Assembly (NCBI GenBank): GCA_963737905.1
Contig: CAVTUQ010000029.1
Coordinates: 32,001 to 96,000 of the forward strand
Direction: 5' to 3'
Length of the DNA: 64,000 nucleotides
Origin: an uncultured delta proteobacterium
Lineage (GTDB): Bacteria > Desulfobacterota > Binatia > UBA9968
The translations under genes and the position numbers were made by a program. The notes beneath the pieces are model-generated. The model was not told where the DNA came from, ran no database searches, and saw nothing but the letters and a program-made list of their open reading frames with translations. Below, piece by piece: positions 1 to 11,082 of the stretch; the first letter of the stretch is position 1; each line of letters opens with the position of its first letter.

Positions 1-79
1 ACGGGGCGGGGACGCCTTGGTGCCGTCCATAGGGCGCGCGCTCGATGGGTTGAGTCTGCATGGATAAAGGGTTTCCTTT

Positions 80-985
80 CTATCTGTGGCTGCCAGTGAA
101 GGCGACCATGGCTGCCAACGCCAGGCCCGCCATAGTCGCCAGCCCGCTTAACAAGCTCGGTAAAATCTGTTTCGACGGCAAGCTCGGCGCGGGCGGCAGG
201 TTGTAGACCTCCGGACGATCCGTGAGCAAGAAAAAAGCATTTAGTTGGTTGATTCCGCCTGTCGCACCGGGTGAATCGGGCGCGCCGTAAAGGTAGGCAT
301 CATTTCTACCCTGGGCGCGCAGGCTATCGACGCGCTTGCGCGCTCGGTCGTGCAGCGTGGACAGCTCTCCGAACTGGATCGAATCGGTGGGGCAAGCCTT
401 GGCGCAAGCCGGTTCAAGCCCGCCCTTTAAGCGGTCGTAACACAGCGTGCATTTATGCGCCTTGCCGTCGGGCACATTCACCTCGACGACTCCAAAGGGG
501 CACGCCGGGACGCAATAGCCGCAACCGTTGCAGATATCCTGCTGGACCACGACCGTGTCGAACTCGGTGCGAAACAACGCGCCCGTGGGGCAGGCTTCGA
601 GGCAGGGCGCCGGGGAACAGTGCTTGCACACATCGCTCATCATCAGCCAGTTGCTTTGAAACGGTTGGAGCGCCGTGGCCCGGTTGCCGTCGCTCTTTCT
701 TAGCTTTTCTAGGAACGTGACGTGGCGCCAGGTTGTCGCCGAAAGCCCCCCGGTATTGTCGTAGCTATGACCGCTGAGCTTGAACTCTTCCGCCGGCAAC
801 GCATTCCATTCTTTACAGGCGACTTCACAGGCTTTGCATCCGATGCAGAGCGATGTGTCGGTGAAAAAACCATAACTACGGCCGGGTTCGATGCGTGACG
901 CCTGCAGTCAACTCGGCTTCCTGCGGATCGACTGCCTGGCAAGGATCGATTCGGTGTAATCCAAAGCGCGTGGGGTAAATGTCAT
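80..985 (-). CDS. fdnH: Formate dehydrogenase iron-sulfur (beta) subunit, 4Fe-4S dicluster with C-terminal TM helix
   Basis: ORF 80..799 has CKHC..PCLEACP, CNGCGYCVPACP and KCTLC..PACAKACP motifs. The same frame extends upstream to YGFFTDTSLCIGCKACEVAC and to an ATG at 985, with an in-frame TGA at 908-910. Start uncertain. Confidence 0.85.
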
Positions 986-989
986 GCTG

Positions 990-3900
990 TTATAACCTCT
1001 CATTCATCATGGTCCCGTTCGTCGTTTTACGTTTCACTCGTCCCTTGCGCAAATTGCAGGTGAACGCTTTGCCTTCGTGAATCGTGGTGTTTGGATCACC
1101 GACGATCGCTGATAGCACATTCGCAATGTCGCCGGTCGCGTACCCTTGCCAGCCAAAGTGCCAGGGCATGCCGATCTGATAGACGCGCCGGCCGTTGATT
1201 TCGAATGGCCGCAGGCGATCCGTCACAAGCGCGCGTGTTTCAATCTCGCCACGCGCAGTGGAGATCACAATCCAATCCAGGCTCCGCGATCCCTTTTTCG
1301 TCCGCTAGCTCCGGTGGGATCTCGGCGAAGCCTTCGGGTTGCAACTCGGCGAGGGTTGGTACGAACCGTGTCGGTATCGCGCCGGAATGATGTTCGGTCA
1401 AACGGTACGTCGTAATAACGTACGGGTAATCGAGGATCGCCGACCTTGTGGTAGACGTTGTCCGGCCGCGGCCACTTGCGGGTCGGCGGATTGTCTTGTT
1501 GCTTGTACATCGGATTCGCACCGGCGACTCGACGGGCTCATAGTGCGTCGGCAGCGGCGCGTCCTTCAATCCTGATGGAACGAATAGCCACGCTTTGCCA
1601 TCGGCCGACATCATAAACGGCGATTTGCCGTCGTGCGCATCGTTGCCCAATAATGGGCCCGTGGCAAAATCGGGATTGGTAGTCAGGAGACTTGCTCGAG
1701 GAAAAATCAGGCTTGTCTTTTCCGACCCACTCTTTCTTTTCCGCATCCCACCACAGGTAGCGTTTGCGCTCCGACCACGGTTGCCCGTGGGTATCGGCGG
1801 AAGCCCGGTTGTACATGATGCGCCGATTGCTCGGCCAGGCGAACGCCCAATTCAAGATGAGTGCCCGGACCATCCGGTGGGTCGGGTTGTCGCGACCTGG
1901 AATGATTGAAATCATTTCGCGGGTAAACGCCCGTGTAGATCCAGACGCCACAGGCTGTCGAGCCGTCGTTTTTTAATTCTTTGAAATCGTCGATCTGCAT
2001 GTCGATCTGGCCAGGTATAGCCGTTCATCTCTTTCAAAATCGCGTCGGCCGATGGTTCGTCGTTCGGACCCTTCGTCGGGTAGTCCCACGTTATATTCCT
2101 GATCGGATCGTCCTTGGCGTCGGTACTGTTCGCGTAAAGTTTTTTCAACCGGTTGCCCAAATGGAACATGAACCAGAGGTCCGACCTGCAGTCGGCTGGC
2201 GGTTCGACGATTTTCTCGTGCCACTGGATCAGCCGCTGGGTATTGGTGAACGATCCTTCCTTCTCCCCGGGCAATGCCGCCGGCATTAAAAAGATCTCCG
2301 TTTTGATTGCTTCGGGAGGGAGGAGGGTGACTTGCGGCGATTTGTACCAAAACGACGCGGTTTCGTTTTCAAATGTTTCGCGCACGACCATCCATTCGAG
2401 GTTCGCAAGGGCTTTGCGCACGAGACGACTATTGTGTCCGCCGACCACCGGATTTTGGCCGATCAGATAGTAGACCCCGGATGACGCCGTCGGCGATCGC
2501 CAGCATCATCGGCTCCTGGGAATGATCGCCAATGATCTTCGGAACCCATTGGTAACCCCACTCATTCTGCGGAGTTGCTACATCGCCGTACCAGGCGCGC
2601 ATCAGGCTAATCATGTATTTGGGAAAGTTGTGCCACCATCCGGTGGGCGGCGTTTCGACCTCGAGGTATCGATCAAGCGATTTATGCGGCTTCATAGCGC
2701 TCGGCTGCGGCAGATAACCCGGGAGCAGGTTGTAGAGCGTCGGAACATCGGTACTGCCTTGAATGCTGCAATGACCGCGAAGCGCCAGGATACCGCCACC
2801 TGGCCGGCCGATGTTTCCCAGTAAGGATTGGATGATCGCAGCCGCGCGGATCATCTGAACTCCGGTCGTGTGGTGAGTCCAGCCGACCGCGTAGCACCAG
2901 GCGCCGGTCCGATCGCGCCCGGAGTTTTTCAAGAGCGCTTCCGCGATGTTTAAGAAGGTTTCCTTGGGACATCCGGTGACTCGCTCGACCATTTCAGGCG
3001 TGTAGGCCGAATAATGGGCTTTGAGGATCTGGTACACGCACTTCGGATCTATCAATGTCGGATCGCATGGCGGCGGCCGGCGCGTCAGTTCCTGCTGCTT
3101 CTTGATCATCTTTTCCGGATCATCCGTGCTCGGATGCACGTACGCTTCAGCGAGTGTCGCGGGAATATCCATGCCGCGGTACTGCCACGAATCCACGTTG
3201 TAGGAAAGCGTCTCTGCCTCCCATCCGGAAAATAATCCGTCGAGCTCGCTGGCATCCTTGAAGTCGTCCTCGATGATCGTCGCGATGTTCGTGTAGTTGA
3301 GCGCGTACTCTTTGAAGAAGGGGTCGTTGTGCCAGCGCTCACTGTCGAGAATGTAGTGGATGATGCCGCCGAGAAAAGCGATGTCGCTGCCGGCGCGCAA
3401 GGGAGCATAGATATCGCATAGCGCTGAGGTGCGGGTGAATCGCGGATCGACGTGAATAATCGTGGCGCCTTTCTCCTTGGCCTGCATGACGAACCGAAAA
3501 GCGATCGGGTGGTTTTCGGCCATATTGGAGCCCATGATCATGACGCAATCGGCATTCGCCAGATCCCATTGCGACGTCGTTGCCGCCCCGCGACCGAAAG
3601 TGGCGCCCAAACTGGGCACCGATGAGCTGTGTCAGACCCGCGCCTGGTTTTCTATCCAGACCATTCCCAGAGCGCCGCCGCAGAATTTTTTGATCAGATA
3701 ATTTTCTTCGTTGTCGAGGGTAGCGCCTCCGAGCTCTGCGACAGCTAAAGTATGATTCACTTGGGTTCCGTCCGGCAGCTGGCGCACAAAGGTTTCATCG
3801 CGGGTACGCTTGACCAAATACGCGATGCGGTCCATCGCCCATTCCAGCGGGCGTTCCTCCCAGTGATCGGAATAGGGCGCGCGATATTTCACTTTGGTAA

Positions 3901-4225
3901 GCCGGTTCGGGTTGAGCATCCAGCCGAGAGTCGCCGCCCCTTTGGGACAGAGCGTTCCCTGGTTGATCGGGCTGCGGGGATCCCCTTCGATATGGATAAC
4001 CTCGTTCCCCTTGGCATATATTAGCTGCGCGCAGCCCACAGCGCAGTACGGGCAGATGCTCGTGCCGACCCGATCGGCCTCTTCCAAACGGGGCCGCAGC
4101 GTACGGGACTGAGTGGATTCTGCTGCGGTGCTCTTTGGATCTTGCCCGGCCAGTTGCCGCGGTATCGACCATTCATGCAGAACGCCTCGCAATCGCTCGC
4201 CGACACTTGCTAGTTTAGCTGACAT
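990..4225 (-). CDS. fdnG: Selenocysteine-containing formate dehydrogenase major (alpha) subunit, FdnG/FdoG family; 3' part broken by several frameshifts
   Basis: CPYCAVGC..LCPKG Fe-S motif; NQARV-TGA(3632-3634)-HSSSVPSLG active-site motif; GILALRGHCSIQG. Consecutive fragments in different frames (2429-3619, 1912-2448, 1707-2000, 1538-1951, 1240-1746, 1265-1510, 990-1268) reconstruct one molybdopterin oxidoreductase. Confidence 0.92.
3602..3634 (-). promoter_or_regulatory. UGA (Sec) codon plus bacterial SECIS hairpin
   Basis: TGA, 11 nt, then GGTGCCC-AGTTT-GGGCGCC stem-loop with GU in the loop; same spacing as the E. coli fdhF SECIS. Confidence 0.8.
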
Positions 4226-4490
4226 GTTTTTCCTCCGGTTTAAGCTTATCCATCTGTTGGACAGCGCACGCTATGCCGGAGGCTTGGTTTGCTTCTCCCG
4301 CAAACCATACCCGCACGCGTGCGCGCGTGCGCTTGAGCTGAATTAGACCGCTAACGTCAACAGGTGCTTTACGTCCGAGGAGCAAAATCAAGCTCCGGCC
4401 GTCGTCCAGTATCAGACGAAACCGTTGTTCCTGAACTAGATTTATGTATCCTGTGACCGCCGTATACGCTGGAATCAGATTGTGAGACAT
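4215..4490 (-). CDS. Small hypothetical protein upstream of FDH alpha
   Basis: 91-aa ORF (MSHNLIPAY...) whose end overlaps the FDH start, suggesting translational coupling. Confidence 0.6.
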   Translation of the reverse strand: MSHNLIPAYTAVTGYINLVQEQRFRLILDDGRSLILLLGRKAPVDVSGLIQLKRTRARVRVWFAGEANQASGIACAVQQMDKLKPEEKHVS

Positions 4491-4750
4491 GTGCTTCGTC
4501 GATTGGACCTGCAATTGGACGGAGCAAGGCAGGTGCCAAATATTCGGCTCTTACGAAACGTTTGTCAGTCGACTATCAGAGGATCTCTGTATCGACTATT
4601 GCTCGGTGGGATCCTCGAAGCGAGTGATCGTCGATGGCGCGTTCGTCGAGTATGTCGGATGACCTGTACTGATTTGGCTTTCAATTGGCCTCTCTATCTG
4701 AGAAAAATCCGTACAAAAAATCCCGTTGAGATGGAATCTATCGCGCCGTC

Positions 4751-5353
4751 TCATCGGTAGAAAACGTGTTTTCCGATCTCCACAGTACGTCTGTGCTCTT
4801 TGGCCCAAGCTGGCGTCAGCTCCACCGAATGAAAGAACAAAGCGCCACCGGTTGGATCGATTGGAGGGTTCTTCAGGAGCTGTGCGGCGACTTCCCGTGC
4901 TTCCTTCCAGGCGTCGGCGTTGTGCGGTGTATCAGACTGGCCGTCGCACCAGTATGAAAATTGGCACGGTGACTTTTCACCTCCCTGCCGTACCACTTCA
5001 CAGGCTGTGTCCGGGAAGTTTGGATTCTTCATTCGATTCAAAACCACCCACCCAACGGCCTCCATCGCCGCACGCCCCTGAGCACGCGCTTCCCAGTAAA
5101 CTGTCAAGGCGAGACAGCGAATCTCATCAGACTGCCTCTCCGTAGCTATGAGGTTCGATTGGCGACCTATCGGCATCAGATATAAGGCCAGGCTCATAGC
5201 GATCGCTAGCAGGAACCGTCCGATACTCTGAATGTTAAAAGCACCCAAGCGCTTAGCTCTCGAATTATTCGACCAGCAAAAATTAGGCAATTCATGTGCC
5301 ATTATATGAGTGGGCATGCCCCTGTTCTTTCCGCTAGCAGGGCCGCGCACCAA
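4751..5353 (-). CDS. Cell wall hydrolase, SleB/Hydrolase_2 family
   Basis: CLALTVYWEAR..G...VGWVVLNR...FP.T.C.VV.Q...CQFSY, DPTGGALFFH and IGKHVFY motifs; true start probably downstream of 5353. Confidence 0.88.
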   Translation of the reverse strand: MVRGPASGKNRGMPTHIMAHELPNFCWSNNSRAKRLGAFNIQSIGRFLLAIAMSLALYLMPIGRQSNLIATERQSDEIRCLALTVYWEARAQGRAAMEAVGWVVLNRMKNPNFPDTACEVVRQGGEKSPCQFSYWCDGQSDTPHNADAWKEAREVAAQLLKNPPIDPTGGALFFHSVELTPAWAKEHRRTVEIGKHVFYR

Positions 5354-5759
5354 ACATCCCGAGATCGGTGATTTTCAGCAATGCCTTGCCCGTCCAGCGC
5401 CAACAACTTTGCAAGCACAGTTCCCCGGCCGAGCTCGTCTAGATCGTTTCCTGACTTCGTCCCTAGTTTGTCCTATTTCTTAATGGCTGGCCGTTCTTTA
5501 ACATTGATTGACAAAGGCCCGCTCTTTGATAGGCTGAACCAGGGCTTAATAATGATTTGTTACGTCACAGAAACAGCCATGTTAACGGACGAAAAGTGGT
5601 CACGTTTCCGGGCCCGAATACAGACAGAATTCCACAGAAGAAACCTTCGCTCGACCCCAGCCGGTGGCGATTCTCGCGTCGGCGAATTCGAGCACGGCGC
5701 GTCCGAGTACTTTATCCCTTTCAACTCCTGAGAGCCGCTGGCATCGATAAGCACAATCG

Positions 5760-8700
5760 ATGATTTCACAAATTTCCACTGAAGTTCTGGAACGGGAGCG
5801 AAGATTGCGCTCTCAAGCCGAGAAGCTCAATGAGGTGGCGCGCAGCCTGACATCCGAGCTTGACCTTCAGACGCTTCTTCAAAAGGTCACCGATGTGGCC
5901 ACTGAGCTGACGGGCGCGAAGTTTGGGGCTTTCTTTTACAACTCGATGAACGAGCGAGGCGAGTCTTACGTGTTATACACGCTGTCAGGTGCGCCTCGTG
6001 AAGCGTTCGAAAAGTTCGGCATTCCGCGAAATACGCCATTGTTCGAACCAACTTTTCGAGGCGCGGGGGTCGTGCGTGTTGATGATGTGCTAAAGGATTC
6101 GCGTTATGGCCAAAACCCACCTCACCGCGGCATGCCCCAGGGCCATCTTGCCGTTCGCAGTTATTTGGCGGTTCCAGTTATCTCGCGCTTCGGCGAAGTC
6201 CTAGGGGGTTTGTTCTTTGGTCACCCTGAGCCGGCTGTATTTACCGAGTATGCAGAGAGCGTCGCTCTGGGTATCGCAGCTCAAGCAGCCGTTGCTATCG
6301 ATAACGCGAAGCTTCATGGGCAAGCCAAGAAAGAAATCGAAGAGCGCGTCCGAATCGAAACGGCGCTGAGGGAAAGCGAGGAACGGCTTCGTTTAGTTGC
6401 TCGCGCGGCCAATGACGTAATTTGGGAAATCGACATTAACAAAGACCGGGTCTGGTGGAGCGAGGCTATGCAAGGCGTCTTCGGATACGCGCCCGAGGAG
6501 ATCGGCCTTGATACAGCCTGGCTCCGCGAGCACATTCATCCTGATGATCGAGATCGAGTTGTTGGCGGAATGACTGAAGCTATCAAGGGCACAAGCGAAG
6601 TATGGTCGGACGAATTTCGTTATCGCCGAGCGGATGGGTCCTACGTGTACGTGGTCGACCGGGCCTTTCTGGTCCGGGATGCAAAAGGGGATGCATTGCG
6701 CATGATCGGGGGAATGCGCGACATCACTGAACGCAAGCAGGCGGAACAGTCGTTAGCGGAAAAGATGCGCCAATTGGAAGCGCTCTACCAATTCGTGGAG
6801 CAGCGGCAGCGAGCCAGATGCCTCGAAGAGATCTACGATACGGCGCTGGATGCGATTCTGTCGGCGCTGCGCTGCGAGCGCGCTTCGATTTTGCTTGTCG
6901 ACGAGTCGGGGGTTATGCGTTTCGTAGCATGGCGTGGATTGTCCGACATTTATCGGAAAACCACCGAAGGTCACTCTCCGTGGAGGAAAGACGACCCTAA
7001 CCCGAAGCCTGTCTGTGTTCCCGATGTCGCCGTTGCTGATCTTGATGGTGCGCTGAAATCGGTGGTCACGGCCGAAGGGATCGGCGCGCTTGCCTTTATT
7101 CCGTTGGTGAACGACCAGAGGCTTGCTGGCAAGTTCATGATCTATTATAACGCGCCTCATGTTTTTGGCGATGAAGAACTTGAACTGAGCCTTACCATTG
7201 CTGGCCACCTCGCGCTCGGCATCGAGCGCATGCGGGCGGAACAAGCTCTGCAGATCGTCTCGCTTTTGCCAGGTCAAAATCCAGCTCCGGTGCTGCGCAT
7301 TACTCGTGCTGGCACGCTCCTTTATGCTAATCCAGCTGCTCTCGAATCGTTTAAGGAATGGGATCTTCGCATCGACGCAACAGTTCCGCGTGTGCTCAAT
7401 GAAGTGATCGCGGAGGCCTGGAGCGCAGGAGAAGTACGCACACAGGAACAGATTGTGGGTGACCGAGATTACCTCGTCTGCATTGCGCCCGTATTGGAGT
7501 CTGATTATGCGAATCTCTACTGGAACGACATCACCGAGCGGAAACGAAGCGAAGTAGCATTACGGGAGAGCGAGGCGCGTTTCCGCCAGCTTGCCGATGC
7601 TATGCCTCAAATTGTCTGGACTGCCAGGCCCGACGGCTATATCGACTACTATAACGAACGTTGGTATGAGTTCACCGGGTTCCCGCGCGCCGAATTCGGC
7701 CAAAGCAGCTGGAAACCGATTCTCCACCCTGATGATGTGCAGCGTTGCGTTGAGACTTACTTCGGCTGCATACACGAGGGCAAGCCTTATCAGATTGAAT
7801 ACCGGTTTAAAGATCGCGCCAGCGGCGGCTACCGATGGTTCATGGGTCGCGCGATGCCCATCCGCGACGATCGAGGCGAGATCCTCAAATGGGTCGGCAC
7901 CTGCACCGATATTGATGACCAGAAACGAGGCAATGAGCGTCTGGAAAAGACGGTGGCGGACCGAACCCGGGAGCTGCAGCAGGCGAATGCGGCGATCTTG
8001 CGGGACATGGAGGAACGAAGGAAGCTCGAGGAGCAGCTGCTGCAGGCTCAGAAGATGGAAAGCATCGGAGTCCTGGCTGGCGGCATCGCACACGATTTCA
8101 ATAATATTCTCAACATCATTCAGGGATATGCTTCGGTTTTGAGCGCCGATGGCGTCGAAAGCAAACAGACGGGCGAAAGCCTGGCCATCATTAGCGAGAC
8201 TGTCCAGCGCGGGTCTATCCTAGTGCAGCAGCTTTTGACTCTGGCGCGTAAGAGCAGCATTCATTTGGAATCGGTAAGTCTTAACGGGCTGATCGAAGGA
8301 CTGATCTCATTGATCAGCCAAACTTTTCCCAAGACCATCGAATTGAACTCCAGGCTCGAGGCGGATCTCCCGCCGATACTGGCCGATAGAAACCAAATCG
8401 AGCAGGCACTGCTGAATCTTTGTGTGAACGCCAGCGATGCCATGCCCGACGGCGGCAATCTCACCTTCAAAACCGAATCAGTAGACCCCCGGAATTTGCA
8501 GGGTTTGGGCGATGTCCTCGAACCGCGTTACGTCTGCATTGAAGTGAGTGATACCGGGAAGGGGATAGAGGAGGGCGTTCGAGAGCGGATTTTCGAGCCC
8601 TTCTTCACGACCAAAAAGAGTCAGGGAACCGGATTGGGGCTCTCGGTGGTCTACGGCATTGTAAAAAACCACAACGGCTTGATCGACGTGAAAAGCAGGC

Positions 8701-9179
8701 CGATGTCCGGGACAGTGTTTCGATTGTACTTCCCGATCAGCGATTTCGAGAAAACTGTCGACGAACCGGTAGTCAAGCCCGACATCGATCCCGCCGCAGT
8801 CAGTGGTACGGCGACGGTATTAGTCGTGGAAGATGAGAAGAACATGCTGAATCTTTTAGAGAAAGTTCTCCTGCAGCAGGGATATCAGGTCTTCACTGCG
8901 ACTGATGGAGAGAAGGCGCTGGAGGTCTATCAGCATCACAACGGAACCATCGATGTCGTGCTGCTTGACATCGGACTGCCAAAACTGGCGGGTGAGGACG
9001 TCTTGCGAAAAATGAAACAACAGAACCCGGGCGTGAAAGTTGTTATCGCCAGCGGTTATTTAGAACCCGAACTCAAGGCCAAGATGGATCAGGCCGGAGT
9101 CCAGTATTTTTTGCCGAAGCCCTACTTACCCGACAAGGTGGTCAAAATTCTCCAATGTGCGATTGAGGGCAAACCGTAA
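5760..9179 (+). CDS. Hybrid sensor histidine kinase (GAF/PAS sensors, HisKA, HATPase, receiver)
   Basis: 1139 aa; [11 protein letters not shown]-box, [11 protein letters not shown]-box, [15 protein letters not shown], receiver VLVVEDE..LLDIGLP. Confidence 0.95.
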   Translation: MISQISTEVLERERRLRSQAEKLNEVARSLTSELDLQTLLQKVTDVATELTGAKFGAFFYNSMNERGESYVLYTLSGAPREAFEKFGIPRNTPLFEPTFRGAGVVRVDDVLKDSRYGQNPPHRGMPQGHLAVRSYLAVPVISRFGEVLGGLFFGHPEPAVFTEYAESVALGIAAQAAVAIDNAKLHGQAKKEIEERVRIETALRESEERLRLVARAANDVIWEIDINKDRVWWSEAMQGVFGYAPEEIGLDTAWLREHIHPDDRDRVVGGMTEAIKGTSEVWSDEFRYRRADGSYVYVVDRAFLVRDAKGDALRMIGGMRDITERKQAEQSLAEKMRQLEALYQFVEQRQRARCLEEIYDTALDAILSALRCERASILLVDESGVMRFVAWRGLSDIYRKTTEGHSPWRKDDPNPKPVCVPDVAVADLDGALKSVVTAEGIGALAFIPLVNDQRLAGKFMIYYNAPHVFGDEELELSLTIAGHLALGIERMRAEQALQIVSLLPGQNPAPVLRITRAGTLLYANPAALESFKEWDLRIDATVPRVLNEVIAEAWSAGEVRTQEQIVGDRDYLVCIAPVLESDYANLYWNDITERKRSEVALRESEARFRQLADAMPQIVWTARPDGYIDYYNERWYEFTGFPRAEFGQSSWKPILHPDDVQRCVETYFGCIHEGKPYQIEYRFKDRASGGYRWFMGRAMPIRDDRGEILKWVGTCTDIDDQKRGNERLEKTVADRTRELQQANAAILRDMEERRKLEEQLLQAQKMESIGVLAGGIAHDFNNILNIIQGYASVLSADGVESKQTGESLAIISETVQRGSILVQQLLTLARKSSIHLESVSLNGLIEGLISLISQTFPKTIELNSRLEADLPPILADRNQIEQALLNLCVNASDAMPDGGNLTFKTESVDPRNLQGLGDVLEPRYVCIEVSDTGKGIEEGVRERIFEPFFTTKKSQGTGLGLSVVYGIVKNHNGLIDVKSRPMSGTVFRLYFPISDFEKTVDEPVVKPDIDPAAVSGTATVLVVEDEKNMLNLLEKVLLQQGYQVFTATDGEKALEVYQHHNGTIDVVLLDIGLPKLAGEDVLRKMKQQNPGVKVVIASGYLEPELKAKMDQAGVQYFLPKPYLPDKVVKILQCAIEGKP

Positions 9180-9204
9180 ACGCGCTCCAAGCATCATTTT
9201 GTCA

Positions 9205-9972
9205 CTACTTCCCCGACGCTACTCGCTTCTGATAATTCCAGATGCCGTCGCGCTGCGGCGGGCGGCCTTTGAGGACGTCTTTAAAGTGCGGGTGCTCGTA
9301 GAGTGGAGTGCGATTCGACATCTCATCGATAAGATCGTCGGATAGGTAAGTGTAGTCCTTGCCCTCTGCGCAGTACGCTAGGTAATTCATCCGAGCCTGC
9401 TCTTCTAGCTGCGCCATACCCATCACCGCCTCTGAGAGGTTTTTCCCCGTCGTTACGGCGCCATGGCCACGAAGCAGCATAGCTCGGCTGTTGCCCAACA
9501 GATTTGCGACCTCCATCCCCTCAGCATCGCTCTGGATCGTCTTGACGTGGGGGTAAATGGGGAGCGCACGGCGCACCAGTTGCGCGCCTTCTTGGCACAT
9601 CGGCTTCAGCGAGCCCGTGAGAACGCTCATGAGGATGGTGTAGCGCGGGTGAACGTGCACGACCGCCTGAACGTCCGGTCGCGTCTTGTAGATGCACGCG
9701 TGGATTTTCACTTCGGAGCACTGCGTCAATCCCGGTCGGCCCGCGATGAGAAATCCCTCGGTGTCGCACAGAACCATATCGTCCGGCTCCATGATCGACA
9801 GGGCGTCGAACTCGTACTCGCGACCCTTGACAAAGAAATGCTTGGGCTCCGAGGGGACGCGCATGCTGGCGTGTCCCAGAGCGGCAGTCAGGCCAGTTGC
9901 CAGGCCCAGGTTGGCGAGGACGCGGTTCGCCGCCGCCACCTCGCGCTTTACATCTTCGAGATTTGTGCTCAT
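9205..9972 (-). CDS. Class II aldolase/adducin family protein
   Basis: GHASMR, SEVKIHACIYKTRPDVQAVVHVHP and LLRGHGAVTTG motifs. Confidence 0.9.
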   Translation of the reverse strand: MSTNLEDVKREVAAANRVLANLGLATGLTAALGHASMRVPSEPKHFFVKGREYEFDALSIMEPDDMVLCDTEGFLIAGRPGLTQCSEVKIHACIYKTRPDVQAVVHVHPRYTILMSVLTGSLKPMCQEGAQLVRRALPIYPHVKTIQSDAEGMEVANLLGNSRAMLLRGHGAVTTGKNLSEAVMGMAQLEEQARMNYLAYCAEGKDYTYLSDDLIDEMSNRTPLYEHPHFKDVLKGRPPQRDGIWNYQKRVASGK

Positions 9973-10110
9973 TTCTGACCTCCTGCTTCAATGACGGCGT
10001 GAGTTTTAGCATGTTCTGAGACCATGCGTCGATATCCCATTATAATATTAGAACGACGGTAATTGCAGCGACCTTTACGGCATTCTGCGTTAACGAACCG
10101 CATCTCGGCT

Positions 10111-10163
10111 GGATGGAATCGTGAGACCGATCTGCTTCGCGGTCCTGAGATTGACAATAAATG
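10111..10163 (-). pseudogene. Orphan 3' remnant of an ABC_sub_bind SBP gene
   Basis: Reverse complement reads [17 protein letters not shown], matching the C-terminus shared by the SBP paralogues. Confidence 0.75.
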
Positions 10164-10272
10164 CTTTTCCCCAGCAATAGTCAAACTCAGGTAGGCTCGG
10201 TCGCGCCAAGAGCAAGACAAGTAATTTTCTTATTCATCGGACGTCCCAAATCCGAGACGCACTGCCAAATGC

Positions 10273-10301
10273 TTGACTAGGTAGCTACCAGAAGCTACAT
10301 T
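10273..10301 (+). promoter_or_regulatory. Sigma70 promoter with palindromic operator for the TA operon
   Basis: TTGACT-17nt-TACATT with perfect palindrome GGTAGCTACC (10280-10289) in the spacer; ATG at 10309. Confidence 0.6.
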
Positions 10302-10308
10302 GTTAACC

Positions 10309-10599
10309 ATGAGAGCCGTTGGTTTAAAAGTCCTCAAAAACAAGCTTAGCGAGTATGTTCGCTTGGCCGCGAGCGGCGAAACCGTACTGGTCACCGACCG
10401 CGACCGTGTAGTCGCCGAGCTGGTTCCGCCCCAAAAGAACCGCAGCCCGTTTCTGGCCGACGCATTGCTTGCTGAGGCGGTACGCCAGGGCTGGATAACC
10501 CCTCCGATGCAGCGCTCCGAAGGCCCTCCGCCACGCAAGCCGGTCATGTCCTTCCGCAAACTACTTGGTGAGCTGGAGCAGGACCGGAGCGAGCGTTGA
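10309..10599 (+). CDS. Type II antitoxin, Phd/YefM family
   Basis: MRAVGLKVLKNKLSEYVRLAASGETVLVTDRDRVVAELVP; overlaps the PIN gene by 4 nt. Confidence 0.88.
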   Translation: MRAVGLKVLKNKLSEYVRLAASGETVLVTDRDRVVAELVPPQKNRSPFLADALLAEAVRQGWITPPMQRSEGPPPRKPVMSFRKLLGELEQDRSER

Positions 10600-10982
10600 T
10601 CTATCTCGATACTTCGGTTGCCCTGGCTCATCTGCTGGCGGAAGACCGGACGCCACCCGAACAGCTTTGGCAGGAGGATCTGATTTCTAGCCGCCTTCTT
10701 GAGTATGAAATCTGGACTCGGATTCACGCGCTTAAACTGACCGGGTCGCATGCGGATGAGGTCCGTTCCTTGCTGGGCCGCGTCGCACTTATTGAGCTCT
10801 CCCCGCCGGTGCTCGCGAGAGCCTTGGAGCCTTTCCCAAAACCCGTCCGTACTCTAGATGCCCTCCATCTAGCATCGATGGAATTTCTCCGAAAGCAGGG
10901 GCAGAGCGTTTCTGTGGCAGTTTACGAGGGCCGCCTTCTTGACGCGGCCCGTGCCCTTCGCTTTCCCCTCTACAAGCTCTAG
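10596..10982 (+). CDS. vapC: PIN-domain toxin (VapC family)
   Basis: IYLDTSV N-terminus and RTLDALHLAS motif. Confidence 0.9.
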   Translation: MIYLDTSVALAHLLAEDRTPPEQLWQEDLISSRLLEYEIWTRIHALKLTGSHADEVRSLLGRVALIELSPPVLARALEPFPKPVRTLDALHLASMEFLRKQGQSVSVAVYEGRLLDAARALRFPLYKL

Positions 10983-11081
10983 CGATTGTCGATTGTCGGA
11001 TAAGAGCGGAAATTCTCTTCGAGAAGCTGCATCCATGCGTCTTCTCCCCCAATCTAAAATCCCAAATCAAAAATCGAAAAT
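10983..11081. repeat. Inverted heptamer repeat element (GATTGTC / AATCNAA) enclosing a truncated SBP leader
   Basis: cgattgtcgattgtcggat ... aatctaaaatcccaaatcaaaaatcgaaaat; the minus strand has GGAG then MDAASRREFPLLSDNRQS. Confidence 0.65.
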
Positions 11082-11082
11082 G

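Noticed and set aside
5381-5769. Short ORFs between the hydrolase and kinase genes
   Set aside because: No motifs or RBS; probably a divergent promoter region.
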